A DNA stretch of 64,000 nt from Bdellovibrionales bacterium (GCA_019695175.1 JAIBAM010000012.1:24-64023); one strand, 5' to 3'; counted from the stretch's first letter, positions 9,760 through 20,156 are shown. Notes: generated by a model from the sequence alone, not told the origin. A program made the numbers and translations.

Positions 9760-10878
9760 CTACCTCTTTTGATCACGATTCAACAATATAAGTGCTTGTT
9801 GTTCTATTTTTTTTGCCAGCTCTAAGTTTTCAGCTAGAAAGTAATAAAATTTATTTTGAGTGATCTCTGCAATAAGACAATCGGTTTCAGCAAGAACGCT
9901 TGCTGATCTAAGACCGCGATTCACAAAAAGAGCAACTTCTCCTAAACAACTTCCCTGTTCCAATTTATTGATACAGACTTGATTACGAATCACTTGTAAC
10001 CTTCCTTGGATCAAAATAAAAAAACTGGAGCCCAAATCATTTTCATGAAATAAGTAATTGTGAATAGGTAGCTGATGAATTTTTGCTAAAGAACCGATTT
10101 CATTAAAAACTTCTGCGGGGTGATTTTTAAAAATTTCCGAATTGCTGAGAGCATGTAAAAGCCAAAAACGCTGTTGCAAGGAACGGGCTTTTTCTTGATT
10201 CATGACTTGTGAAAACTTTTCGTGGAACACAATGCGAATCACTTTTGCAGGAGCGGTTGTGATAACGTCTGTTGCTCGAGGTTGTTCCAAAAAAAATCCA
10301 CCCTCACCAAAAACAGTGGGGGCTTTGAGCTTAACAACGAGTTTCCTACTTCCCTGATCCTGGCGAAAAACGCCTGCCTCCCCACTGACAAGCAAAAACA
10401 AATCCCTCGTTTTTTGACCCTGAGTGCAGAGTTGAACATAGGCTGGAGTGTCATAGATTTGTCCATGTCTTGCAAATAACTTTAAAAGATCTTCAGAGAG
10501 CGAGGAAAAAAAGGGTGCTTTTTTTAAGAGACCTAAAACATCTTCGTTGCGATAATGAATTTCAGAAGAAGTTTTAAATTGAAATTCACCTTCTCCAGAT
10601 AGATGACTCCATTTGGGACTGATAATGCTATTTTCTTTAGCTAATCTTTGGAGTAACTCATAGAGTTCGCCGAAACGAATCAGCCAACCTTCACTTAAAA
10701 AACTTAAAACAACTTCTGATATGGTTTTTCCTTTCATGAGTAAATTTAAGTATTGAGCTTGAAATGGTGTGATGGGAATTCGACGATGGTTTTGATGGAT
10801 AAGTACGATATTTTGATTTGATTCAATACCCAAGGAAATGGGCGAAAATTGAATGGGTTGTTTTTCGAATCTCATCAT
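9760..10878 (-). CDS. Protein with two cyclic-nucleotide-binding (cNMP/CAP-effector) domains
   Basis: Two copies of the 'FGE..(L/F)......R.A.V.A......(I/L)..I' signature: FGEGGFFLEQPRATDVITTAPAKVIRI and LGEVALFVNRGLRSASVLAETDCLIAEI. Confidence 0.75.
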   Translation of the reverse strand: MMRFEKQPIQFSPISLGIESNQNIVLIHQNHRRIPITPFQAQYLNLLMKGKTISEVVLSFLSEGWLIRFGELYELLQRLAKENSIISPKWSHLSGEGEFQFKTSSEIHYRNEDVLGLLKKAPFFSSLSEDLLKLFARHGQIYDTPAYVQLCTQGQKTRDLFLLVSGEAGVFRQDQGSRKLVVKLKAPTVFGEGGFFLEQPRATDVITTAPAKVIRIVFHEKFSQVMNQEKARSLQQRFWLLHALSNSEIFKNHPAEVFNEIGSLAKIHQLPIHNYLFHENDLGSSFFILIQGRLQVIRNQVCINKLEQGSCLGEVALFVNRGLRSASVLAETDCLIAEITQNKFYYFLAENLELAKKIEQQALILLNRDQKR

Positions 10879-11041
10879 ATAACAGTCTTTTTTTGAGACA
10901 CAAAAATATCAACACTTTTAATGGATTTTTATCAAAAGAAGTCCATTTGACCCAAAATTTAATCTGAAGCTTAAACATTTCCCGACTTTAGTCCGACAAG
11001 TATGTCAGAGGGCGAATCATCTATTTGATTGATTCATATAT

Positions 11042-12952
11042 TTGGACAAAAAGAAAGGGGACTTACCAGTGCTGTACGTTTCAAGATTGAGTCTTCAAAT
11101 ATTATTAATATTTTTATTAGGATTTGTGTTCCGTTCAGTTCAGGCACAAGTGGCTCCTACGACTGAATATGTGCCCGGTGAAGTTATCATAAAATTAAGA
11201 AATCAGACAGGTCCGGCTTCGACCCAATTATTTATGGGTAAGGCGGCTTCAGAAAAAAGTATGTCGCTTAAAGCCTCTTTTGAAAAAATGAATCTTTATC
11301 ATTATAAACTTAATAAAAATCAAAGTGTTGAAAACTCTATCAAAGAGCTCAGCCAGGATCCAGACGTAGAGTATGTTGAACCTAACTATATTTTTCACAA
11401 AGCAGAAAGCACCGGGATTGTTCAAACCTTCACTCAAGAACAAATGGAAGTTATTGCTCAATCCAATTCATCCTGGTCTACAGGCGGCGCTAACATAGGT
11501 TTGGATCAATTTCACCAGTCTAAGGCGGTCTCTTCTCTAGCAACTACCAAACCCATAGTGGCTGTAATAGATACAGGTTTAGATTTAAATCACTCGGTTT
11601 TTGTTAACACTCAATCCGTTTGGACCAACTTAAATGAAATACCTGGGAACGGTATTGATGACGATCATAATGGATACGTGGATGATATTCATGGGTGGAA
11701 CTTTGTCGATAATTCTGGCTCTATGTATGACGACGATGGGCATGGGACTCACGTTTCCGGAATTATTTTAAGTGTGGACCAAGATACCATGGCGAACCCA
11801 TTACAAGATTCTCGCATTGCCATTATGCCATTAAAATTTCTTGATGGTAATGGATCAGGAACAACAGCTAATGCAATAAAAGCTATTTATTATGCTGTGC
11901 AAAACGGTGCTGTTGTTTTAAATAACTCATGGGGAGGTTCTTCCTATAGTGGTGCTTTACTCGAAGCGATTGCCTACTCTTATTCCAATCATGCTTCCTT
12001 TGTTGCGGCTGCAGGAAACTCTGCCCAGAACACAGATTCATCACCTATGTATCCTGCAAGCTATAGTGTGCCCAATATTATTTCTGTGGCGGCGACAACA
12101 AGCCAAGACAATTTAGCTTCATTTTCAAATTTTGGAAAAAGTACAGTGCATTTGGGCTCTCCTGGAGTATTAATTTACAGTACCATTCCAGGGGGATGGG
12201 GCACTTCCTCTGGGACTAGTATGGCAGCTCCCTTCGTTTCTGGAGTTGCCATACAAATGAAAGTAGAAGCACCACAAATGAACGGCTATCAAATTAAATC
12301 GATTATAGTTTCACAAACGGATACGGTTTCAGGTTTATCAAGTAAAGTCTCGTCATCAGGAAGACTCTCAGCAACTCAGTCCATTGATTACTCTAAAACT
12401 GCTGTTGTTGATCCCAGCCAACCAGAGTTTACAAATTTATTTACTGAAAATCGTGAGCTGGCATCCACTCTTTCGGGTACTGGTTGCGGTCTTGTAACTA
12501 AGTTGGCTCAAAATCCAGGCGACAAGTTTGGAGGAACTTCTCCTATAAGAGGGCCAGAAACTTGGTATGTATTGTTTGTGTTGGCACTCCTTGTAGCCCC
12601 GATTGCGATTACACAGTACTTAAAAACGAAGACTCCTGAAAATCGACGAAAATTTGAAAGGTTTAAAATTCAAAGCGAAGTAACGATGAAAGTTGGAGAA
12701 AAAGAATTAGTTGGATCTATTTCAAGCATATCACTGGGCGGAGTTCAATTAAATGCAGCCACCCTGTTAGAGAATGGCGGTATTGTAAAAATGTCCATTT
12801 GTTCGCCTGATGGAAAAGAACAAGTAGATGTGGAAGGAAGCATTGTGTGGAGTGAAGTTGGTAAAAGCTATGGTGTGGCCTTCCAAAATGCACCAAGATC
12901 TGTGCTTTACAGAATTGGAGAATGGACTAAAGCATTAAAGCCATCTTCATAG
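11042..12952 (+). CDS. Subtilisin-like S8 serine protease fused through one TM helix to a C-terminal PilZ domain
   Basis: Signal peptide and an I9-like propeptide (EYVEPNYIF). Catalytic motifs AVIDTGLD / HGTHVSGII / GTSMAAPFVSG. TM helix WYVLFVLALLVAPIAITQYL. PilZ signatures RRKFER and SISLGG at 12638..12949. TTG start as in the ORF track. Confidence 0.8.
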   Translation: MDKKKGDLPVLYVSRLSLQILLIFLLGFVFRSVQAQVAPTTEYVPGEVIIKLRNQTGPASTQLFMGKAASEKSMSLKASFEKMNLYHYKLNKNQSVENSIKELSQDPDVEYVEPNYIFHKAESTGIVQTFTQEQMEVIAQSNSSWSTGGANIGLDQFHQSKAVSSLATTKPIVAVIDTGLDLNHSVFVNTQSVWTNLNEIPGNGIDDDHNGYVDDIHGWNFVDNSGSMYDDDGHGTHVSGIILSVDQDTMANPLQDSRIAIMPLKFLDGNGSGTTANAIKAIYYAVQNGAVVLNNSWGGSSYSGALLEAIAYSYSNHASFVAAAGNSAQNTDSSPMYPASYSVPNIISVAATTSQDNLASFSNFGKSTVHLGSPGVLIYSTIPGGWGTSSGTSMAAPFVSGVAIQMKVEAPQMNGYQIKSIIVSQTDTVSGLSSKVSSSGRLSATQSIDYSKTAVVDPSQPEFTNLFTENRELASTLSGTGCGLVTKLAQNPGDKFGGTSPIRGPETWYVLFVLALLVAPIAITQYLKTKTPENRRKFERFKIQSEVTMKVGEKELVGSISSISLGGVQLNAATLLENGGIVKMSICSPDGKEQVDVEGSIVWSEVGKSYGVAFQNAPRSVLYRIGEWTKALKPSS

Positions 12953-13047
12953 AAAAAACCGAGCTGGCTATTTTGAATCGTCTAAAGTGCAATGCCGCGG
13001 TGTTTGACTGAAACCAGAACAAATACCGCAGCACTACAGGTCAGAAA

Positions 13048-13557
13048 TTACAAGTTGATCCTAACTTTAAATAGAAGGTCATCGACTCGCAAACCATGCC
13101 AAGTGGAATCTAGCCAAACCCAGGTTCGCATATTTTCCACTCCGATTTCAACATTCTTGTTGAGTTCATAAAGTAACCCAATAGAAAGTGAAGGGCCTAA
13201 AGAGGTGGTATCATCTAAACTTCTTGAGTTGGAATTGATGGCCACGATACCAAAGCCCGGTGAGAGATAAAAATCCCAAGGTTTTCTATATAAGTGGGTA
13301 CGAAGAAATCCACCGATTGTTGAAATTCCTTCTTTACTAATACCGCTGTCGTCTTTTTGGTAAAGACGAAAATATCCCCCAACTCCAAAGTCTTTGTGTC
13401 CAGTGTATTCGTAGTCTCCACCTACAGCGAGACCACCTTCTGTAAAACCAAGTGCGCCATAGATGACATGCGGATTACTCTGGTTGTTCTGTGCCACTGC
13501 AACCATTGGTATGGTAACTAAACTGAGTATAAGGCTTAAACCCACCTGTTTTAACAT
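13048..13557 (-). CDS. Small outer-membrane beta-barrel protein (OmpW/porin-like)
   Basis: ATG at 13557 is preceded by gggaggggga and starts the signal peptide MLKQVGLSLILSLVTIPMVAVAQ. Alternating aromatic/Gly beta-strand pattern, ending in ...FKVRINL. The track start at 13632 seems too long. Confidence 0.7.
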   Translation of the reverse strand: MLKQVGLSLILSLVTIPMVAVAQNNQSNPHVIYGALGFTEGGLAVGGDYEYTGHKDFGVGGYFRLYQKDDSGISKEGISTIGGFLRTHLYRKPWDFYLSPGFGIVAINSNSRSLDDTTSLGPSLSIGLLYELNKNVEIGVENMRTWVWLDSTWHGLRVDDLLFKVRINL

Positions 13558-13772
13558 ATCTCCCCCTCCCACTTTTGTGGTGACTATTGAAATTTGTTTT
13601 TGAAGTTTTTCCCCTGTTGCGATACTAAACACTGAGTTTATTTTCAGGCAATGGATTCTTTAAAATTTTCAGGACTTTATCTTTAATTTGCGGTGCGCAA
13701 AGCGTGACACAACAAACAGGCCCTCTCAATGGCAAGTTGACAAAGCTCTGTAAGCACTCTTTATAGACAATT

Positions 13773-14798
13773 ATGGAGAAAAACTTTAGAGCCTACCAGA
13801 TTTATCAAGAAAATCATATCGTTCGTGGTCGAATTGCAGAGGTTTCATTTTCTGAAATTGAAAAAAATCCAATCTTGGTAAAAGTCAAATATTCCAGTGT
13901 GAATTATAAAGATGCCTTGGCGGGCACAGGTCGAGGCAAAATCCTGCGTAACTTTCCACTTATTGGAGGAATAGACTGTGCTGGTGAAGTGGTTTCCTCA
14001 CGGGACAGTCAAATTAAAGTTGGTGATCCAGTAATCGTTACGGGTTGTGGTTTAAGTGAAACACAAAATGGAGGTTACGGAGAGTATATTTCGGTCCCGA
14101 CATCTTCAGTTATTTTATTACCCCAAGGACTTTCTTTGTTTGAATCCATGTTGTTAGGCACAGCAGGATTTACTGCTGGACTTTGTCTGCACCGCCTACT
14201 TCAAAACGGACAAAAAAAGGAAGCTGGACCCATTTTAGTGACAGGTGCTAGTGGTGGTGTGGGCTCTCTATCCACTGCAATTTTAAGTCAACTGGGGTAT
14301 GAGGTTCATGCGGTAACCAGTAAAAAAACAGCCGTTGATTTATTATATAAGTTAGGTGCCACCAGGGTCGCTTCGAGGGAGGAGTTCCAATTAGGTTCAA
14401 AACCCCTTGAAAGTATTCGTTTTGCAGGAGCCATTGATAATGTCGGAGGAAGTTTTTTAAGCCAATTATTAAGTCATATAAATTTGTGGGGAAATGTTGC
14501 CAGTGTGGGCCTTGCAGAGAGTCCACAATTGCAGAGCACAGTGATGCCCTTTATCCTCAGAGGTGTGAGCTTACTTGGAATCAGTTCGAATAATGCCCCC
14601 TTAGTCTGGAGAAAAGAAATTTGGTCAAACTTAGCTACAACTTGGAAACCCAAAAATATAAAACAGCTTTTATTTAAAACAATTCCATTAGAAGGCTTAG
14701 AAGAGGCCTTTCAAAGTTTATTGGACCGTAAAGTGGTGGGAAGAATTGTTGTAGATGTAAACCCCCATTGGAATGTGGAAAAAAAGGAGAGTCCATGA
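13773..14798 (+). CDS. YhdH/AcuI-type NADPH-dependent MDR oxidoreductase (quinone oxidoreductase-like)
   Basis: MDR family layout with the nucleotide-binding motif 'ILVTGASGGVGSLSTAIL' and N-terminal 'VKVKYSSVNYKDALA'. Confidence 0.8.
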   Translation: MEKNFRAYQIYQENHIVRGRIAEVSFSEIEKNPILVKVKYSSVNYKDALAGTGRGKILRNFPLIGGIDCAGEVVSSRDSQIKVGDPVIVTGCGLSETQNGGYGEYISVPTSSVILLPQGLSLFESMLLGTAGFTAGLCLHRLLQNGQKKEAGPILVTGASGGVGSLSTAILSQLGYEVHAVTSKKTAVDLLYKLGATRVASREEFQLGSKPLESIRFAGAIDNVGGSFLSQLLSHINLWGNVASVGLAESPQLQSTVMPFILRGVSLLGISSNNAPLVWRKEIWSNLATTWKPKNIKQLLFKTIPLEGLEEAFQSLLDRKVVGRIVVDVNPHWNVEKKESP

Positions 14799-15673
14799 AA
14801 GTCACTATTTCGGCAGTAGAAGGAAACCGCCAAAGATTGGATGGCGGTGCTATGTTTGGAAATGCACCTCGTGCAATTTGGGAAAAATGGCAGTCACCAG
14901 ATGAAAAAGGTAGGATCGAGTTAGCCTGCCGAGCTCTTCTCTTGCGTTGTAACTCTAAAATTATACTGTGTGAAACTGGAATCGGTGCTTTCTTTGACCC
15001 CCAGATGGCAGATCGTTTCGGTGTTGAGAATCCCCATCGACATGTTTTATTAGAGAATTTAACTTCAATGGGAATTGAGGAAAATGACGTTGATTATGTT
15101 ATTCTTTCCCATTTACATTTTGACCATGCAGGAGGGTTACTTCCTGCATACGCTCAAATTCAAGCGGGTGAGGATCGGTTGCTTTTTCCCAATGCAAAAT
15201 ATGTTGTGGGAAAAACCGCATGGGAAAGGTCTATAAAACCTCATCCTCGAGACCGTGCTTCCTTTATTCCTGGTCTTTCAGATAAGTTACAAAACTCCAG
15301 GAGGCTGATTATTGTTGAGGGGGAATCCCATCCGGAGGTGTTACCATCCCATATAAGTTTTTTTTATTCTCATGGGCACACGCCCGGACAAATGCATACC
15401 GTAGTTCAGGGACAAAACAGCAGTGTTATCTTTGGTGGAGACTTAATTCCTGGGGCATCATGGGTGCATTTGCCCATTACAATGGGGTATGATCGATTTG
15501 CTGAATTAGTAATTGATGAAAAAGAACAACTGTACCAACGTGTGGCAAACAAAAATATTTGGATATTTTTCACCCATGACTCCTCCCAAGCTATGGCTCA
15601 AATTCAAAATAACGCTGGTAAACGTTTTGTGGCCGAACGAGGGATGACTAAAGTAACGGATTTTCTGCTCTAA
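14795..15673 (+). CDS. MBL-fold metallo-hydrolase
   Basis: 'LSHLHFDHAGG' metal-binding motif. ATG at 14795 follows aaggaga and overlaps the upstream stop (ATGA). Confidence 0.8.
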   Translation: MKVTISAVEGNRQRLDGGAMFGNAPRAIWEKWQSPDEKGRIELACRALLLRCNSKIILCETGIGAFFDPQMADRFGVENPHRHVLLENLTSMGIEENDVDYVILSHLHFDHAGGLLPAYAQIQAGEDRLLFPNAKYVVGKTAWERSIKPHPRDRASFIPGLSDKLQNSRRLIIVEGESHPEVLPSHISFFYSHGHTPGQMHTVVQGQNSSVIFGGDLIPGASWVHLPITMGYDRFAELVIDEKEQLYQRVANKNIWIFFTHDSSQAMAQIQNNAGKRFVAERGMTKVTDFLL

Positions 15674-15716
15674 AAAGCAAAAAAATAAATAATTAAAATT
15701 TAGGACACATTTTAAA

Positions 15717-16403
15717 ATGCCGTTTTTTTTAAGCTTTATGATTCTACTTCCTTATTTTTCAAAAGCGATGGCTTTTGTTGGAACAACCCCACAGCATGTT
15801 TGTTCCAATTATGTGAATTCGAATATGATTGAGGTTTTTGATGTGTTGTCACAAAATGGGGTGAATGTTCCAAATCTTGTCTCGAATATGGAACAGGTAT
15901 TAAATTTAAAAATAGAAACCTTTGCTAAGTTACAAGTGGTAATGCATCTGGCACACTCTGATGAAGCTATTAATATGTCCCTTGCCGATTTTAAATTGGG
16001 GTTAGATCAACTGGGCTATCATTATCCCGAGTTACTTTCTAATTTTAAATTTAATGGAAAAAATTTGGATAAGTATGTTCAGCTTATGGGTGGATTATCT
16101 TTAATAGCTGGTTTTCTCTTCTTTGGCCCCACTCGACATTTTGTAACTTATTTTTTGCCGAATTGTAAAACCTATTTGGCCGATCCTGTGGCTCCAAAAT
16201 TCCAGAATCTGGTGAGTTTGTTAGGGGTTCTTTTTCTTTTATTTGGCACTTGGAATGTGGTTCACCCCATGAGTGTTATGGCTATTGATGGAGAAAATGA
16301 ATTGACCCAGCTCACAAGAATATTTGATAACATCCACAAACGCTTAGATACGGAATCCCAATTGGTTTACTGTCTTAAATTGCAGTACATAAAACCGCAT
16401 TAG
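15717..16403 (+). CDS. Hypothetical membrane protein
   Basis: 228-aa ORF with a signal-like N-terminus and two internal hydrophobic helices. No recognised motif. Confidence 0.5.
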   Translation: MPFFLSFMILLPYFSKAMAFVGTTPQHVCSNYVNSNMIEVFDVLSQNGVNVPNLVSNMEQVLNLKIETFAKLQVVMHLAHSDEAINMSLADFKLGLDQLGYHYPELLSNFKFNGKNLDKYVQLMGGLSLIAGFLFFGPTRHFVTYFLPNCKTYLADPVAPKFQNLVSLLGVLFLLFGTWNVVHPMSVMAIDGENELTQLTRIFDNIHKRLDTESQLVYCLKLQYIKPH

Positions 16404-16410
16404 TCTTCGA

Positions 16411-17433
16411 ATGAAAAAATGGAAGATATTTAAAAAATTCCAGAGTTATTTTTTGATTGGACTGCTTGTTTTGCCGCCTCCAATTTTCGCAGAAAATCCC
16501 TGTCACTTTTTGCTGCAGCCAAACAATGAATCTGTATCCAAATATTTAGAAGTTAGGCACAAAATAATAACCCAATTGCGGACTCAAGAAATCGATCCAG
16601 AGATCTTTTTTGCACAACTTCCGCTATTTAAAAGCGAGGATATTCATAAGCGGATAGCTTTGGATCTCCCTATTCTGATGGCAGTAATCGATGCAGTAAT
16701 AATTTCACTGATGGATAATGGAAATCTGGTTACTTTTGTGGGAAGAGGTCACGAATTGAACATAAGAGCCCAAAACAAAATTGTGCTCTGGATAAATAAA
16801 TGGGAAAATGTGTATTCTTTAAATGAAGGCTTTATTCAAAAACAAGTGAAAACACTGTTTAAACTGATGAATAAATCCCCTCTTCGACTTAATCTACACG
16901 GTTTTTATCAAAATCCGAGTTTTTCTCCGCAAGTCCAACAACAATTTGTGATGTTTTCTATTTTCACTATTTTACGGGATATTGCATTGGCTAATGGAAA
17001 GCTCCAAAATAAGACTCATCATATTGGAAGCGGCATTATAAATACTATTGGTTTAGGAAAATACTTACTTTTTTTGTTGGTAATAATGCATGGCCATTGG
17101 CCTCTTTCTTTACCTTTAGTCAAATTGGAATGGCCTAAAGCTTTTGTTTATTTGGCCCTTACAGGGACCCTGCAGAAGGCACCCAAACATATTTTTTATA
17201 ACTATTTTGTAAAGTGGTATAGAACCGCTTTATTGTTAGTTGTGGCAATCCTTTTATTAAATTCTCCTGATGAAATCGCAAATTTGCCTAGTGAAATTCA
17301 AAGAGTCTACCAGGGGTTGGAATTAAAATTTGCGTCGATGAATGGAATAAAATCACCTGGACTCGTTGAAAACTCTGCTGCAGACGAAACCAAAGCAGAT
17401 GAACCTAATTTAGAAATTGAAATTCCATTTTAG
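16411..17433 (+). CDS. Hypothetical membrane protein
   Basis: 340-aa ORF starting 8 nt after the previous gene. Has a signal-like N-terminus and several hydrophobic helices. No recognised motif. Confidence 0.5.
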   Translation: MKKWKIFKKFQSYFLIGLLVLPPPIFAENPCHFLLQPNNESVSKYLEVRHKIITQLRTQEIDPEIFFAQLPLFKSEDIHKRIALDLPILMAVIDAVIISLMDNGNLVTFVGRGHELNIRAQNKIVLWINKWENVYSLNEGFIQKQVKTLFKLMNKSPLRLNLHGFYQNPSFSPQVQQQFVMFSIFTILRDIALANGKLQNKTHHIGSGIINTIGLGKYLLFLLVIMHGHWPLSLPLVKLEWPKAFVYLALTGTLQKAPKHIFYNYFVKWYRTALLLVVAILLLNSPDEIANLPSEIQRVYQGLELKFASMNGIKSPGLVENSAADETKADEPNLEIEIPF

Positions 17434-17478
17434 CTCTAACAGAGCTTGTTCGGAGCAATTTCATTTCTGAGCCTTGTG

Positions 17479-19224
17479 CTAAACATTTTTTTTGGTGAAA
17501 AGATTTTTGAAAAATCTACTGACTTTTTGACCCAAACCCACTTCTTTGCCCGTGGTTTTGGGTTTTTGTGATGGTACGCTTCTGCTTCCAGAACTTTTTC
17601 CATTCAGTTTAGAATGGGAGGTGCTGAAATAGGGTTTATTGGGTCGTGAATGTTTAGTCGTTGCAGAAAAATTCTTAAAAGAGGAACTATTTTTATGGTG
17701 GGATTGTGCGAACGTTTCTTTTGTTCCATCCCTTTGAGCGGATTTTCCCTGGGCGGTCTGGGGTTTATCCAAATGACGGGAAGAGTGTGTTTTTTTGGCA
17801 GAAAAGGGGCCTTCTTTTTGTTGAGAGAAAGAACTTCGTTGTGGTTTGCGATGACGGTTCGGGTTGTTTTGGTGGTCAGTTCTTTTAGTTTTAAAGTCAT
17901 GCTTTCGGTTTGACTTGGGTTGATGAACCGAAGGACGTGAAGGTTTTGATGCTTGGAAGTCAGAATATCCCATGGGCTTCATCTCTTTGATAATTTCACT
18001 GTCATCTAACCAAGCTACCATCACCTTATGCCCTAAGTACTCTTCAATGCGAGTTAAAGCATCAACATCTCGGTCACACACAAGACTTAAAGCACTTCCT
18101 TTTTGACTGGCACGACCTGTTCTACCGATACGATGAACATAATTTTCAGGATCATCGGGGAGCTCATAATTGATTACCATATCCACGCCCAAAATATCCA
18201 AACCACGAGCCGCCAAATCAGTTGCGACAAGGATATTTTGTTCACTCTTTGCTTTAAATTGCTCCATGACCCGTTTTCTTTGGGCTTGAGTAAGGAGACT
18301 TGAAATTCCTACGGCAGGGATTCCGTTGTCACTCAAAAACCGGGTTAATTTTTCCACGCTGTATTTAAAATTACTAAAAATAATAGCTTGTTTGGGCTGA
18401 TGTTTTTTTAAAAGAGAAATTAAAAATTTAGGTTTATCTTCTTGTCCCAGATGTAACAACTCATCGGTTACATTTTCCGCTTTAGGCTGGTCCTTGCTTA
18501 AATTGAGTTCTAATGGGAAGGCTCCAAACTCATAAGCCACATTAAGCACCTCAAAGTTCAAAGTGGCACTAAAAACTAAAAATTGTCGTTCCCTGGGGAT
18601 TCGTCTTAATATAAAGCGCATATCATCTTTAAATCCCATATCAAACATTCGATCGGCTTCATCAAAAACAACCGCTCGTACTTGTTTTAGATCAACAATA
18701 TGTTCTTTAAATAAATCTAAAAGTCTTCCAGGGGTTGCGATAACGAATTCGACTCCTTTTTGGAAAGCTTCTTTTTGCTTCTCGTAGGTTGTTCCACCAT
18801 AAACCGCTACAGATTTTAGGGGAGTGCCCTCAAGTAAATTTTTACTATTCTCGTAAACTTGTTCAGCCAACTCTCTAGTAGGAACTAATATTAAAATGAA
18901 CTGCCTGGACCGCCATTGTTCAAAAAAAACACTCGTTTTTTGAGACTCCCCAGAAACATTCGATGAATCAGCTTCAACAGACTTGGTCTCTATAGGCTCA
19001 ACATTGATGGAGTTATTGTGATCTAAAGATTTAAGAACCCGGTCAATCAAAGGAACAAGAAAAGCGGCTGTTTTTCCAGTTCCGGTCTGTGCCAATCCTG
19101 CGATGTCCTTTCCGACCAAAATAGGTGGTATGGCAGCCTCTTGCACAGGCGTACAGTCAACATACTGAATTCGTTCCAGATTATTTTTAATGGCTGGATG
19201 CAGATCTAAATCACTAAACTTCAC
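17479..19224 (-). CDS. DEAD-box ATP-dependent RNA helicase with a long basic C-terminal tail
   Basis: Motifs AQTGTGKTAAF, PTRELA, DEAD (VVFDEADRMFDMGF), SAT, HRIGRTGRA. About 170 aa of K/R/S/H-rich tail. GTG start. Confidence 0.9.
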   Translation of the reverse strand: MKFSDLDLHPAIKNNLERIQYVDCTPVQEAAIPPILVGKDIAGLAQTGTGKTAAFLVPLIDRVLKSLDHNNSINVEPIETKSVEADSSNVSGESQKTSVFFEQWRSRQFILILVPTRELAEQVYENSKNLLEGTPLKSVAVYGGTTYEKQKEAFQKGVEFVIATPGRLLDLFKEHIVDLKQVRAVVFDEADRMFDMGFKDDMRFILRRIPRERQFLVFSATLNFEVLNVAYEFGAFPLELNLSKDQPKAENVTDELLHLGQEDKPKFLISLLKKHQPKQAIIFSNFKYSVEKLTRFLSDNGIPAVGISSLLTQAQRKRVMEQFKAKSEQNILVATDLAARGLDILGVDMVINYELPDDPENYVHRIGRTGRASQKGSALSLVCDRDVDALTRIEEYLGHKVMVAWLDDSEIIKEMKPMGYSDFQASKPSRPSVHQPKSNRKHDFKTKRTDHQNNPNRHRKPQRSSFSQQKEGPFSAKKTHSSRHLDKPQTAQGKSAQRDGTKETFAQSHHKNSSSFKNFSATTKHSRPNKPYFSTSHSKLNGKSSGSRSVPSQKPKTTGKEVGLGQKVSRFFKNLFTKKNV

Positions 19225-19337
19225 TCATTACCCTTTTTCAAATTGGCTTCAAATTGACTCAGAGCCACCTTTACCTGGTCCGAGCGGGTTATGTCAAAAC
19301 CCTATATGGATAAATAATTGATAAATCCAAACAGATT

Positions 19338-20156
19338 CTAAGAATTTGTGAAAAAATCTATTAGGACTTCAATAAATTTTTGGGGCTGATCGTAATGAAC
19401 CCAGTGGCCAGCCGCAGGAATTTCAATCCCTTTGGCCCATGGATTCAAAGCAAGCATTTTTTGATACAACTCTGGACTCAGATCTTTGGAGTTTTGTCCC
19501 CGGACAATCAAAGTTGGAACTTTTAAACTGACAAATTCGTTCCATCTTTTTTGAGGTTGCGGACTCCCTAGGGCCGCTAAAATTCCATCCCTATCGAAAC
19601 GCCAATCCACTCCATAATCTTTTTGAATTAAGTTACTGTAAAAAAATAAGGCAATTGTGTTGGCTTGAGGGTCCTCAGCTAAAAAATGGGGGAACTCATT
19701 TTTAAAAAACTGTTTTGCTTGTTCTCGGTTCGAAAAGGGCGTGGGGACTTTTTGAATCATCATTTTAATTTTACCCATGGCGTGAACTGTGGATTCAGGG
19801 GCAATGTCCTCTAAAACCAGTTTTTTCACTTTATGTGGCCATTGAGAGGCAAAACAAACCGCATTTCTTCCTCCCATGGAATGTCCCACTAAGAGAATTT
19901 GTTCCCAGCTTAATTCCTCCAGGAGTGTTATTAGATCTTTAGCAAACTCTTCCGGAGCGTAACCAGATTTGGAATGAAAAGAGCGTCCATGTCCCCTCTG
20001 ATCAAAGGTTAAAATCCGATAACGATTTTCCAGTCCTGAAATAATTTGACGCCAATTCGTTCCGGAACCGAGCAAGCCATGCAAAAAAACTAAGGGAGTC
20101 CCAGTTTCAGGACCGTAAAACTGATGATAAAATTGTTTCAAATAAGACATTAACAT
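19338..20156 (-). CDS. Alpha/beta-fold hydrolase
   Basis: Nucleophile elbow 'GHSMGG' and N-terminal 'LVFLHGLLGSGTNW'. Confidence 0.75.
   Translation of the reverse strand: MLMSYLKQFYHQFYGPETGTPLVFLHGLLGSGTNWRQIISGLENRYRILTFDQRGHGRSFHSKSGYAPEEFAKDLITLLEELSWEQILLVGHSMGGRNAVCFASQWPHKVKKLVLEDIAPESTVHAMGKIKMMIQKVPTPFSNREQAKQFFKNEFPHFLAEDPQANTIALFFYSNLIQKDYGVDWRFDRDGILAALGSPQPQKRWNEFVSLKVPTLIVRGQNSKDLSPELYQKMLALNPWAKGIEIPAAGHWVHYDQPQKFIEVLIDFFTNS

Noticed and set aside
12953-13047. Rho-independent terminator between the S8-PilZ gene and the convergent OMP gene (tgccgcggt ... accgcagca)
   Set aside because: The stem has a mismatch, the loop is about 23 nt and there is no flanking T-run on either strand. 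This is not convincing enough to annotate.
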